Source of the DNA: Rhizaria sp. SCN 62-66
Taxonomy: Eukaryota
Direction: 5' to 3'
NCBI GenBank assembly: GCA_001724265.1
Contig: MEDY01000205.1
Location: 62,001 to 94,294 of the forward strand
DNA length: 32,294 nt
Shown in pieces: positions 1-11,332 of this stretch (position 1 is its first letter; the number at the start of each line of letters is the position of its first letter). The notes under the pieces were generated by a model. It was not told the DNA's origin. It saw nothing but the letters and a program-made list of their open reading frames with translations, and did not search any database. Position numbers and translations under genes: made by a program.

Positions 1-2662
1 CGCTTTTAACCGGAGAGCCGCAGACGCCCGCGGCGGCATTCGCCGCGGCGGAGCTGCAGCCAGCGCCGCGGAGCGCGGCCGCGATTGCAGCCGCAGCCTC
101 GGCGGGCGTGTCGTCGCAGTAGCGCGTGTGCGAGCGGCGGATGTACATCAGCATATACGCCCCGGTGCCGCTGCGCCTGTTGCCGCCGCCGCCGCCGCCG
201 CCGCCGCTGTGGAGCCCCCAGTCGTTGGCCACGCCGCCACAGGCCAGATCGCCGCCGGCGAGGGCGGTGGCGGCGGGCTTGAAGGCGTCTGTACCGAAGT
301 TTGCGTCCACGGCGTCGACTTCGGAGACTGGGGTGACGGAGTCGTCATCGAAGCGCCACCACTGGCTGCGGGTGTAAGCGGGACCGACGACCGGCACGGT
401 AGCGTCTGCGGGAACGTTATCATCAACATCGTCATCAGAGCCAGAGCTCAAGCCAGACGTTTCGCTCTTGTGTGAGTCGCTCATAGCAGTCTTCTTGTTG
501 CTGAGACGAGAGTCAGAGATGTTGTTGTTGATGGCCGCCGCAGCCGCAGCGGCAGCAGCAGCGGCGGCTGTCGCCTTGTCAGCGAGAGAGCTACTCGTGT
601 CCTTGTCCTTCTTCTTACTCCTGTCGCTGTTCGCATCAGAGTCGCTGCTGCCGTTGCCGCCGGCCTTGCGGAAGGGCGCGCGCGCAAGCTCCGCCGCAGA
701 GCGCACCGGCAAGATAGGTCGCACAAAGTTATAGTAGTGTCCGCCGTCAATGCCGCCAGAGTGTACTAGCACAGCGTGCAGATCGTACACGAGCGTCTCG
801 GGAGCGCGCGCGCCGTCAAACGGGTCTTCAGACACCCACACGTCCGATCCACTGGCGTTGGCGCCCTTCGGCCACGCAACAATCACCTCGTTGTCCTTGT
901 TATTGCCAGTCGCATCGGCGGCGGCGTTTGAGTTCGCCGCTGTGGGGGCAAGCGCAGGAGGCGCAGCGGGCGTCGCGGTGTTGCTGCTGCTGTTGCTGGT
1001 CGCCGCGGCATCGGCAGCGTGCAGCGTGCCAGTGAGCGTGGCCGCGTTCACGGTCACGGTTGTCGTCGCATACTTGAGCTTCTGCTGCCGCTCACGTTCA
1101 GCCCTCGCTTTCTCACCCGTGACGTCGTCATCGGCATGGGTGTCGCGCGCAGCTCCAGGCCCAGCAGCAGCAGCAGCCGCCGCAGCAGCAGCCTCGGCTG
1201 CAGCAACCGCGGCCTGCTCGGCGATCCTCGCCGCGGCGGCCGCGATAAGCGCTAATTCCTGCGACACAAACGGTGCGAGATCGATCGACGTGGGAAACTC
1301 GAACCGGTCGTTGACTTTTTCCATACTATCGCTCATCACATCATACTGGAAGCGTTTGAGCTGGACTTGCAGCACCGGTGGCAGCCGCAGCAGGCGCGCC
1401 GAGCGCCGCATGGCCTGACGGCCAAACTTCTCAGTCTTGATCATGTTGTCGCCGTCCATGACCTCCGCCGCGAGGTACGCCTGCAGAGACTCGGCCAGTC
1501 CACGGTGGCCGCGCACAGCGAGGCTCAGGTCGTAAAAGCGCTGAATGTGCATCGTCCGCAGCGGCACGTTGAGCGCCTCTGAGCAAGTAGCTTCTAAGCC
1601 GCAGAACAGGCGCGCAACGCAGCCCTCGACGACGGAGTCCTGGGTCACGTGTTCCAGCTTATCCAGCAGCAGCCGGGAGAACTCCTGAGCGTCGTGCTGC
1701 GTAAACGCCTCCGCCGTGCCCCAGCCGAACGCGCCGGTGAGTCCGACCGTGCTCGCAGCGGTGCCGGGCCGCGACTGCATCTGGTAGAAGAGCCGCTGCA
1801 TTTCGCGCGCGAACCCGCGGTCGCCCTCGGAAGCGGCGGGCACCGGCGGCAGCAGCGCTCGCAGACGCGCGCGCACGGCGGGCGAAGCACCGCGGACGGC
1901 GGCGTCGAGACGCGCGCGGAGACTGCCGCACGGGTCCGCGGCGCCCGTTTGCTGCGGGGCAAAGTAGACCATCTTGCGAAAGCGGGGGATGTGGAACAGC
2001 GCCTGCATGTAGCTGTTGAGGTAGCACGTCGCGCCCTGGTTGAACAGGCCCGCGAAGCCGCGCGCGCCCGCAGTGCCCGCGGCGAACGCGGTCGAGCGCC
2101 GGTGTGAGCGCCACTGGGCGAGCGCGGTCGCCACCGGCACGCGCGCCGCTGCGGCACGGTTGGCGAGGAATGAGCTCCGCAGCAACGCAGCGTCCTCGGC
2201 AGTCCCGGCGCGGTCGCGCGCGGCGGCAGCGACTCGGAGACAGGTGTTGCGGTACTTCTCGTGTTCAATACGCGCTTGCTTGACAGCCTCCTCGTACATG
2301 TCGTCTTCGATGTCCACGAAATCGCGGTAGCGCTCGACCGCAGCGGCAGTCAGCACGACGCGCAGCGAGAGCACCGGCACGCAGTCGGGCGACACGTCCG
2401 CCGGCCGCATCGGATCGTCCGCGCTGACGTTGCTGTAGCTGTTGTTACTGCTCCCAGAGGCCTTGTCTTTGTCCTCCTTGTGTGAGGCGTAGACGATCGA
2501 GGGGTGCGTTGACACAGGGTGGAACTGATCCGGGTGCGCGAAAGCTGTGGTGTAAGCCTTGGTGACAACCTCGGCGGCAGTCGAATCGAGCGCATGGAGC
2601 GGCACCCAGTGCAGAAACCGACGCATCGCGAAGACACGTAAGTGGGCATGCAAGCCTTGTGG
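1..2662 (-). CDS. USP7: Ubiquitin-specific protease (peptidase C19), USP7/Ubp15-like; exon 2 with the complete catalytic domain; 3' end lies outside the window
   Basis: Manual translation from the acceptor at 2662 gives the Cys box GFAGLFNQGATCYLNSYMQALF (Cys codon 2024-2026), QHDAQEFSRLLLDKLE, EVMDGDN, LPPVLQVQLKRFQYD..KVNDRFEFP, the His box YDLHAVLVHSGGIDGGHYYNFVRP (His 737-739), WWRFDDDSV and AYMLMYIRR. The frame stays open to base 1, which explains its absence from the ORF track. The symbol denotes family resemblance, not proven orthology. Confidence 0.92.
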
Positions 2663-2870
2663 CTGTGGATGTGAGAGAGAGCGCAAATAAATGGGGGAAA
2701 AGCAACAACAGGGAGCCAAAAAATGTGATGTGAGAGCGAGCGGCTCAAGAGAGAGGGGTTGAGGCCATATAAAGAGATTTAACGCAGAAGATATGTCGTG
2801 ATAGGACAGCAACAACAAAAATAAAACCACATGTTCGTCAGCGAAGTGCTGAGTTGCATACGAAACGTAC
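2663..2870 (-). other. Spliceosomal intron (208 nt, phase 0) in the USP gene
   Basis: Minus strand reads TCG|GTACGT...CTCTCTCTCACATCCACAG|CCA. It is T/C-rich, and splicing joins ORF 2838..5414 in frame to the USP catalytic exon. Confidence 0.88.
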
Positions 2871-5800
2871 CGATGAAGGACAGTTTTTGCCTTGAATAAG
2901 GAACACCGAGTCAATTTTGCTGGGTGGAACTGCCGAGCTTTGCAGCGTCTCTCGGGGGAAAGCTGGCGCCAAGCCCACAGACACAGGCATCAGCGGCGGC
3001 CCCCCGTCGCGCATCACATGCAGAAAGAACATCTCTCCGCCGATGTCCCAAAACAACCGCACGCGCACCTCCACGAACTCCGTGGTCATAAACCGCGACT
3101 GCTCGCCCAGCAGCAGCAGCCCGCGGCGCGGCGGAACTGCCCCGCGCGCGCCGCGGTGCTGATGCAGGATCGCGTCGCGCAGGTGCATCGGCAGCGGAAA
3201 GACGAGGCAGGCCGCGTCCACGGTGGAGTCGTCCTCCGGGTTCAGCCCAGGGGGAGCCGAGAGGGAGCCAGTGATGTAGGGACGGACGAAATCGAGCGAC
3301 AGTGTGGTTGGCACAGCGGCCACGGCAGCCGCGGCAGCCGCTTCGGGCGTGAGAAGAGCGTTGTCTGAGCCTTCGGCAGCGGTGTCTTTGCCCTCCTCGT
3401 CAGCGTCTCCAGCGGCGGCACTGGCAGAGTCTGGCCGGCCGGTGAGGTGGCGCATCTCGGCAGCGAACTCGGCCCTCGTGACGGCCGCGGGCGCGTAAGC
3501 CAGCGCGGTGCCCGCCGCGGCGTCGTCGTAGCCCTTGGGCACAACGTCGCGGTCGTACCAGTACTGCGAGTTGGAGCCGTCAGCTACGTCCGTCGGCAGC
3601 GGCGTCAGCGGCCGCGGGGCGCCCAGCTCGGTCAATCCGACAGCAGTCTGGCCGAGGCCACTGAGAGCGCCGCCGGCACGGAAACCAGCGCCAGTGCTGG
3701 GGGTGAGGCCGAAGGGCAGCGCTTGCACTGCGGCAAGCAACGGGGCTCCAGTCGGGAGGACACGGCCCGGCTGATTCGGCTGCGGCGGCGTCTGCTGCTG
3801 TTGCTGCTGCAATTGTTGCTGCAGTACTGGTTCTGAGAGCTCCACCGGAGGCGGCGGCAACAAGCCACAGAGGGGGGTGAGAAAAACATTATCCACGTCG
3901 TCAGCATGTGTGGTCACAGCTGGATTCTGAGGCTGGGGATGTGGCGGAGGTACTAGATTCCGCAAAGTATAATGCAAATTCTGATCATTCCTCTGCCGTT
4001 GCTGCAGTCTCTGTTGCTGCTGCTGTTCTTGTTGTTGTCGGTTAATGCCATTGACAAGATCAAACGGATCGTATTGATCCACACCAAGGGTGCCGTCGTC
4101 GATGTTGCCGTCGTCGTCCACGTCGTACTCGAGGTCCGCACTCGGCTGCTGCTGGTTGTTGCCATACATCGCGTCGCGCTCTTGCTGATGCTGTTGTTGC
4201 TGCTGCTGCAGACGCTGCTGCTGCTGCCGCTGCTGGCGCTGCTCTGGAGTCACTATAGAGCCGTTGGCCATCTGAGCCCAGCCCTTCGGGGCCGCCAGTA
4301 TCTGCTGAGATCCTGAGGCAGGCTCGAAGTTGTAGTCGTCATACGCCTCAACGCCACCGCCGTCGTCGTTGTTGTTATTGCTATGGGCGTCTCCTCCATC
4401 ATCCCGGTCCGCGTCGTCGTCGCCATAGAGCGCGCTTTGCCTGTTCAGTGTCTGTGCTTGCCCAATGCCGCCGTAAGCTTGAACAACGCTGTCACTCGGC
4501 GTCCGCGCACCGGTTTTGTTCGCAGCAGCAGCGGCGGCAGCAGCAGCAGCGGCGGCGGCAGCGGGAGAATGGGGCACTAGAGCAGCGGGAGCGGCGAGAC
4601 CCCCCTGGCGGTAGCTGCCCTCAGCCCAGAGCTGATGTGTCTTGGCGCTAGCGGCGCGGCGCTCATGCTCCTTCAGCAAGTGCAGCTGCTGCTGCTGCAT
4701 CTTCTGTTGCTTCTGTTGCGAACGCGCATCGGGGTGGCGGTCGCTGATCTGCACCTCAGAGCCGTCTCCCTCGTCATCAGCCACGTCGGCAGTCTTCGCA
4801 GCCTCAGCGTCAGCGTGAGGGTGAGGGTGAGAGTAGACTGCATCGTCCTCGTCGCCGTCATCGTCCCCAGAGAAGAGCGAGCGCGCTTTGTTGTTGCGAA
4901 CGTTTGTCTTGTTCGCACCGCCAGGGAGGTTCGGGTTAGCAGCAAGCTCAGCGTCAGACGCGCCCTCGCTCACGGTCTCCTCGTCTTCGCTTTCGCTGTC
5001 CATCTTGCTCTTGGCGCGCTTGTTCTGGACCGGCCGCACGGGAAGCGAGCTCATGAGGTCGTGGCGGCCCATGTCACTGACCAGGCTGCTGTATCCAGGT
5101 TTGCTCTGACTCGGAGGGCGCGGCTGCTGCGGCCGCTGCTGCGGAGGCGACAGCTCCCCTCCGTCAGCATCGGGCAAACGCTTCACCTGCTGTCCACCCC
5201 CGCTACCGCCGCCGCCGCTGCTGCTGACTGTAGGAGCACCGAGCCGCGATGACTTGGCGGCAGCGCTGTCACCGGGTGCGGCGGCCTTGCGGGGAATGCG
5301 ATAGGGAGGATTCGCACCGGCGTTTGCGGTGTTGTTAGTGCCTGCAATGCTGCCAGAAATGCTGTCACCAAAGTCGCTCAACTTGTTGTTGTTTTGCTGC
5401 GCTTGCTTCATCAACTGCTGCTGTCGACTCTGTGTACTTTGCTCCAGATGCTTCTTCTGAAACAGCTAATACGCCGCTTTCTGCGAACGTAATTCCTCCT
5501 CAGTATGCCCGGAAGTCGCGTCGCCCAACCCGGAAGTCAAGCCGCTTCCGGAGGCCGTGGCGACGGCGATGGCACCGCGCGAGGGCGGAGGCACCGGCCG
5601 CGGCAGACTGCCCGGCTGTGTCAGCTTATTGTAGAGCTGCTGCTGTTGCTGTTGTTGTTGTTGTTGGCTGACTCTGCTGCTCTCGGGGCTCGCGCGCGCG
5701 CTGCCAGCCTTACTACCGACGCTCCAAGCAGGCGCAAGTCCCGAGCCGCCGGAGCTGTAACCGGTACTGCCAGCACCGCGAGAGCCGCTCGCAGCGGCGC

Positions 5801-6455
5801 TTAAGCTTGTCGTAGTGGGGGCGCTGGGACCGGTGGAGCCGCGGCTGGATGCAGGAGCGGGCGCGACAGCGGGCGCGGGCGCGCGCGGGGGCGTTGGCGC
5901 GGCGGGCGCAGGCGCAGGCGTCTTAGTCATGATGTCAAACATCGTCTCGGCGTCGTTGAGGTCGAAAGGGACACTGGCAGTGTCACCGGCGGCTGTGGAG
6001 TTACGGTTACTCACCTTGCCAATATTATCGGGCGCGGTGGGAGTGCGGAAAGCGCTGACAACGTGTTTGCTGTGCTCGCGGGCGTCGAAGCGAGCAGCAG
6101 CGCTCGCGTCAGCGCCAGCGCCAGTGCCTGTGGTTGTAGCGCCTGTCGCAGCCTCAGTGGTTGCAGTGGGGGTGCGCTTCTTGGCCCTGCTGGTGCTGCT
6201 GCTGTCACCTTGATCCTCTTCGTCTGTGAACGTGTCGAGGGAGTAGGTGCTGGCAATGCGGGGCGCGGGCGCGGCCGCGGGGGCTGCAGCGGCAGCGCCG
6301 TGGCTGTGGCGCGCGTCTCTGTTCGCAGTGTTGTTGTTGTTGATAGTGTCTTCATTGTCACTGTCGTCGCTGAGGTAAATGCCGTCCGATGTGTTGTTGT
6401 AGAGCACGCTTTTACCCGCGGCGCCGTGGGGACGGTGCGGAGGGTGGCCGCTCAT
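2871..6455 (-). CDS. Exon 1 of the USP7-like gene: long low-complexity N-terminal region (Gln/Ala/Asp/Asn-rich), with one in-frame TAG at 5466-5468
   Basis: ORFs 5466..6455 and 2838..5414 share a frame and are joined by TAG plus 17 sense codons (…SQKAAY*LFQKKHLEQSTQSRQQQLMKQAQQ…). ATG 6455 follows a pyrimidine-rich leader with upstream in-frame stops. The last ~130 codons look globular, possibly a degenerate MATH/TRAF region (unproven). Confidence 0.7.
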
Positions 6456-7226
6456 CGTGCGGAAGGGGTGCAGCCGCGACGAGAGAGCAGGGAAGTGAAC
6501 GAACGAGAGAGTGGGCGCGAAGCCTGGGTGTTGATTGCGCGGGAACGAGTCTAGACTTGGACAAGACTGTGTGACCTGGCGTTAGACTGAAATGGTCTAA
6601 ATATGAAACCAACAGGTAGATAGTTAGTGTTTCTGTGAGTTCGGAGTGTGATCAATGAAACACCAAGTGTTTCTATCCTACGGGAGGATGCGTGGGGGTG
6701 ATCGGGATGGGAAATGAGAGGCTCGGTTCAGGGAATGTGAAGATCTCACTCGACAGGGCAATAATAGTTGCGGCTGCAGAAAATGAATATGCACTAAAAA
6801 GAAGTAGTCGAATTAATTTAGTAGGTGCATAAGAAGTAAAAATAAACGATTGTAGGACTCACAATCTTCCTGCAAAATTGAGATCTGCCTGGCGGGAGCT
6901 AAGCCAGAGTGGGTGGAACTGTCAGGCACGAAGAGCGTTTGTGGTGAAACTGTTACAGAGGATATCTCTTGGCAGAAGAACGTCTGGAGCTTATTACAAG
7001 TGTCATGTCTGTATTGTTTTCTTGTTTTAATTATGTAAAGCTTATAAAATCAGGTGTCTGCACACGCATACTGCTGTCGAGACGTCCTGGTGATCACGCA
7101 AAGAGCAGAGCCCCAAACCAACAAATGGTTGCTCACTGTTATTTTGTTATATTTCTTGTTGTTGTTTCTGTTGCTTCTACAGCGACGACATATGCACCGC
7201 AACCCGGTGTCACGCGCACGGCACGC

Positions 7227-7685
7227 TTACTTGTGAGTGGCAGTGACGATAGCGTCGACGAAGTCGCTCTTCTCGAGGCAGCCCGTGGTGTTGACGCCCT
7301 GGAGCTTGGCCTGCTCCTTAAGTACCGAGACCGCAAGCTCAGCAATCGCCTCGCGGGTCATGTTTGCGAAGTCGAGCTTCTTAGGCGCGTTGGCCTTAAT
7401 GAGCGCGCGCTCAAAGCCGTCGTCGGCAGGGTGGCCGGAGAAGACGACCTTCTTGTCGACGATGACGAAGGCGTGGGGGATGCCCTGAACGCTGTACTCG
7501 TCGCTGTACTCGGCCAAGTCGCCGGAGAGGACGTTGTAGCACATGTCAATCTTCTTGATAAAGGGCTCAATGCGCGAGACGGGCTCGTTAGAGACGCCGA
7601 TGAACTTGACGTTGGTGTACTTGCGCGAGAGCTCCGAGAGGTGGGGGATCATGCGCACGCAAGGAGGGCACCACGTGGCCCACAT
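7227..7685 (-). CDS. TlpA/ResA-like thioredoxin-fold disulfide reductase, exon 2, with a C-terminal SAP/ARMET_C-like helical module
   Basis: WATWCPPC active site, IPHLSEL..KY, FIGVSNE and cis-Pro motif VQGIPHAFVI. C-terminus LAVSVLKEQAKLQGVNTTGCLEKSDFVDAI. Stop is TAA at 7227-7229. Confidence 0.93.
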   Translation of the reverse strand: MWATWCPPCVRMIPHLSELSRKYTNVKFIGVSNEPVSRIEPFIKKIDMCYNVLSGDLAEYSDEYSVQGIPHAFVIVDKKVVFSGHPADDGFERALIKANAPKKLDFANMTREAIAELAVSVLKEQAKLQGVNTTGCLEKSDFVDAIVTATHK

Positions 7686-7854
7686 CTAAAGGCGAGATTT
7701 GACAGTAGTAGACAAACAATGGAAGAATTGTGTTAGTTTCTGTGTAGGTATCAATTTCGTCTTTGTGGGAGTGTTACTGATTTTGCGTTAGAGTGAGATG
7801 AAGAGGACAAAAATTGGGTTAGAAAGAGCATGTAAGGCAAAGATACGAGCTTAC
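7686..7854 (-). other. Spliceosomal intron (169 nt, phase 0) in the thioredoxin gene
   Basis: GAG|GTAAGC donor, ACTAAC branch-like motif and CCTTTAG|ATG acceptor. Splicing yields …YVVE-MWATWCPPC, matching the family pattern VVEFWATWC. Confidence 0.92.
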
Positions 7855-7953
7855 CTCAACAACGTAGGCGTTGCCATCGAGGACGTCGTAGGTGGAGCCC
7901 TGAATGACCTTAGCGCTGGAAGGAATAGCAAAGGCAGTGCCGCTGGTAGCCAT
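7855..7953 (-). CDS. Thioredoxin-like gene exon 1 (33 codons: MATSGTAFAIPSSAKVIQGSTYDVLDGNAYVVE)
   Basis: ATG at 7953 in AAGATGG context; the 99-nt open frame ends at a GTAAGC donor and supplies the beta-strand preceding the CxxC motif. Spliced protein is 185 aa. Confidence 0.88.
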
Positions 7954-9428
7954 CTTGGGAAAGTGGGGGAACTGCGACGAGAGGTAGAAGGCAAGAGAAA
8001 GAGCGACGACGCAGAAGATCGGGAAGGCTGTGAGAACTGGGCGGATCTGAAGCGGTCAGATCATGCACAAAAGCGACGCAAAACGCGTGCAAGTATTTAA
8101 ACAAAAAATAAAAGAAAACAAAAAACTCAATCATCAACTTACAGCTCGTTGCACGAGCTGGAAGTACGATTGTTTAAGTTTTCCATAACGATCAAGGTCT
8201 GCTGTTTCGGTCGCTCGAGTCGACTCAAGCTTGGGCGGCGTGCTCGCTCTGACCACAAATGCATTTCGAAAATTGGTTCGTGGTGTGAACGATAAATCTG
8301 CGATTTAACGCGAATTACATTCTTTGATCGTGCATATTTTTTTATTTTCACGTTGAAACAACTTATACATACTCAGAAAAATTGTTATTTCTTGGATTTA
8401 ATTCCGATTTATGGCGTTATATCTTCCGGAATGTTGGCTTTTGCTTTGTTCGCATATGCTCAACGTTTTTCGCAGATGAAGTCATGCAAATTAATGGTAT
8501 AGCCAAATGTGCGTATTGCACAGCATTATTGAGATCTAGCTAGTTGTAGAAACGCTCCGTCTGCGACAGTTGCTTACACATGCATATGTTGCCTTTTTAT
8601 CAAGTCTTTAATCTGGCACATGATTTCACTTCAAGTGAGGTTCTCGCTCTATCCAGCAAAGAGTGCCCGTTAGCCGTAGAAACATGATTAAAACGCATAA
8701 AGTGCTATGTAATTGATAATGATCTCACGTTGATTTTAGTGCAGTCGAAGAGAACCGTGTTCAAAGCTTCCTTTGTAATCCTGAACGTAGCATTTGTCCT
8801 AAACCCTTTAATTAACGCACGTGAAAAGTGAGCCCATGATAAGATAAAACAACTATCATGTTGAAGCTGCATTGTTGTGTGCTATATTTGATTTTTAGGC
8901 GTGTTCTCAAGCTTGAAGACTCGCATATCCCGGGAGAAGTGTTTTTTTGCGCCGCTTGTGCTCACAGCGCGTGGCGAAAGCAAGGGGGTGGTGGTGGCAG
9001 CAAGTGCAGTTTGTTGGCTCAAATCTTCGACTTCTAAATCGGCGGCCTTCCGTCGTGAAATTGCATCATCGATACTGTTTCCGGGCTTTTATGGCTGTTT
9101 GTTTTATAATCACTTTTAACTTTCGCGAAATGTCGTTTAACTGTGCTTAGCCTGGCCGACTCAACTCGAAACGTTTCATTGGTATCATCCGGCCCTCTTC
9201 TTCACCACTTCTCCCCACGCCCACGCGTTATGCCCTCCTTCATTCGCGCTCAAACCCGCGCACGTAGACACGTTACGTGGTCTAAATTAGTGATAGTTTG
9301 CATCTAAGGCTCTTGCGCGCCTTTGCCCCTCTCAACCGCTCTCTGTTCTCCTGAACAGAGTGTTCTGCCACAACTTCCACAGTCTCGCTTCCGCTTCGCT
9401 GTGCGCGTGTCAGTCGTCATCACCGCGC
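7954..9428. promoter_or_regulatory. Divergent intergenic region (5' UTRs and promoters of the thioredoxin and myotubularin genes)
   Basis: AT-rich, no convincing ORF, and flanked by head-to-head start codons with pyrimidine-rich leaders on the respective sense strands. Confidence 0.55.
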
Positions 9429-11286
9429 ATGTCTTCTCTTCCCGCGCCACCGCCGGCCCTCGCGCCGCTGCTGTGGCCGCGCGAGACTGTTCTGCTGACG
9501 GCCGGTCCAGTTCTGCTGCCTTTTCACCCCCTGCGTCCTCCATACAACACTGACAACACGTACACCAACAACGCGCATCGCTACGCCGATGCCAACGCCT
9601 CCGCCGTCGCTGCTATCAACGCTGGTGGCAACATCAATGCTGCTGATATGTCGCAGCTGTTGCCGGAAGGCATTGCTGTGCTGAGTGCTGATGTTTTACC
9701 ACCGCAGACACTGCTAAAGCCTTCCCCGTTGGCTGGCTCCGCCTCCGCCCCCGCGTCTCTAACTGCGAACTCTGACACAGCTACTACTGCTGCTGCCGCT
9801 GCGTCGAGTGAGTTTTCCGCGGTGAGTCGAGTGCGCACTGCTGTGGCAGCCGCTGCGGCCGCAGCCGCCGCCGCTGCCGCCGAGCCAGAGTCAGTTTCGG
9901 CCGCTCCAGCGGAGTCTGCATCCACTGCAACTGAGGCGGGGCCGGTCGCCAAGACAAACTCCACTGAGTCTGCGTCTGCGTCTCCGCGTCAGAGTCTGAT
10001 GCCGCCACACCGGGCTGCCGTGACGGCCTCAGCCAGTGCGCCTGGCCCTGGCCGCCACAACGCCAGTCGCAACAACAACAACAGCAGCAGCAATGACTGT
10101 GCTGGCCGCGACAGTGACAGGAATTGCGTGCCACATGCCGTCGGGTCGCTCGTTCTGACGACATTCCGCCTCCTCGTCGTCGGCCTCAACAGCTCCGCAA
10201 CTGCCCCTAGCGCCTGCACTTCAAGTACCAGTGCCAGGACCAACGCCAGCGCCGGTGACTGCGAGACGCCAGAGCCAGTGGTAGAGCCAGAGTCAGGGTC
10301 AGATGCGCGTGCACGTGTGTTGTTTAGCGTGCCTCTGAGCGGACTGGCCACTGTGGACTCGATTACGCTTCCCTCGCTTGCACTCGCACTCAACACTCCT
10401 AGCGCTGGCTGCGACAGTCACTGCAAAACTCAGTCTCAAGCTCAAGCTCAAGCCCAGTCGCAGTCTCAGGGACTGGGGTTGTTGTGTCTCGGCATGCGGT
10501 CACCGCACGCTTGGCAGCAGCCGCACGCGCACACTGCCATTGCCGCGACAAACACAGGCTGCGCGCACCGTGACGCCAACAACACAGCCGCAAGCACAAG
10601 TTGTGACGGCAGTGCTCAGAATACATGTCGTAACTCGAGCGCGTTCGAGAAGGCTGTGAAGGCGGGCAACACAGCCCGTGCCCGCGCGCTGCTCGCTCTT
10701 GCCTTCACTCTGGCTCCTGCTGCCGCTGCCGCAGCACTCGCTGGTGCCGCTGGAGTCGATGGAGCGACGAGGCTTGACTTTGAGCAGAGGCGGCTTAACT
10801 TGCGCGCGCTGCCGCCTCGCGTGGCTGCAGATGTGCTGCTTTCGTTCCCAACTCTCCTCCCGCTTTTTTGCGAACCCTCGCCATCGCGGGTCTCGAGTAA
10901 TAACACAAGCCTGAGCACAAACGCCTGCATGACTGCGCCTGCAGCTGTAGCGGAGGCGAAGAGTGCTACCGAGACAGAGACAGAGACAGAGACTGCCAAC
11001 TCCGGTGTCATAGTTACCCTAGAGGAAAAAGCCAAGGCAGAGGCTGAGGCTAAGGCTGAAGCTGAGGCTAAGGCTGAAGCTGATGCGACGGCCGCCGCCG
11101 CTGTTGCCGCCGCTGCTGCCGCCGTATGTACCAGCGCTGCAGTGGCGAATGCATTGCGCACGCCGGCCCTCTGGAGCGAAGGCTGTGGCACGGTCGTTCT
11201 GGCCTTTGTACCGCCGCCATCGCACAGTGTAAACCCCAACCCCAACGCCAGCGCCAGTGCCGGCGGTAATGCTGCTCACGGTCACC

Positions 11287-11332
<46 letters not shown>

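Noticed and set aside
85-2485. Plus-strand and off-frame ORFs over the USP exon (e.g. 750..1418, 1645..2268)
   Set aside because: They are shadows of the GC-rich minus-strand USP frame and carry no recognisable motifs.
5430-5490. A tiny intron removing the in-frame TAG
   Set aside because: Nearby GT…AG pairs mostly shift the frame (7, 16, 19, 22, 23 or 32 nt). The frame-preserving 36-nt option (GTATTAG…CAAAG) has a poor donor, no pyrimidine tract and is far shorter than the 144-208 nt real introns. It is not formally excluded without RNA data.
6969-7736. 255-aa plus-strand ORF
   Set aside because: It is antisense to the clearly conserved thioredoxin exon.
8214-8232. Adjacent XhoI-SalI-HindIII sites suggesting vector polylinker contamination
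   Set aside because: Only 19 bp, with no other vector sequence, and the flanks look like native intergenic DNA.
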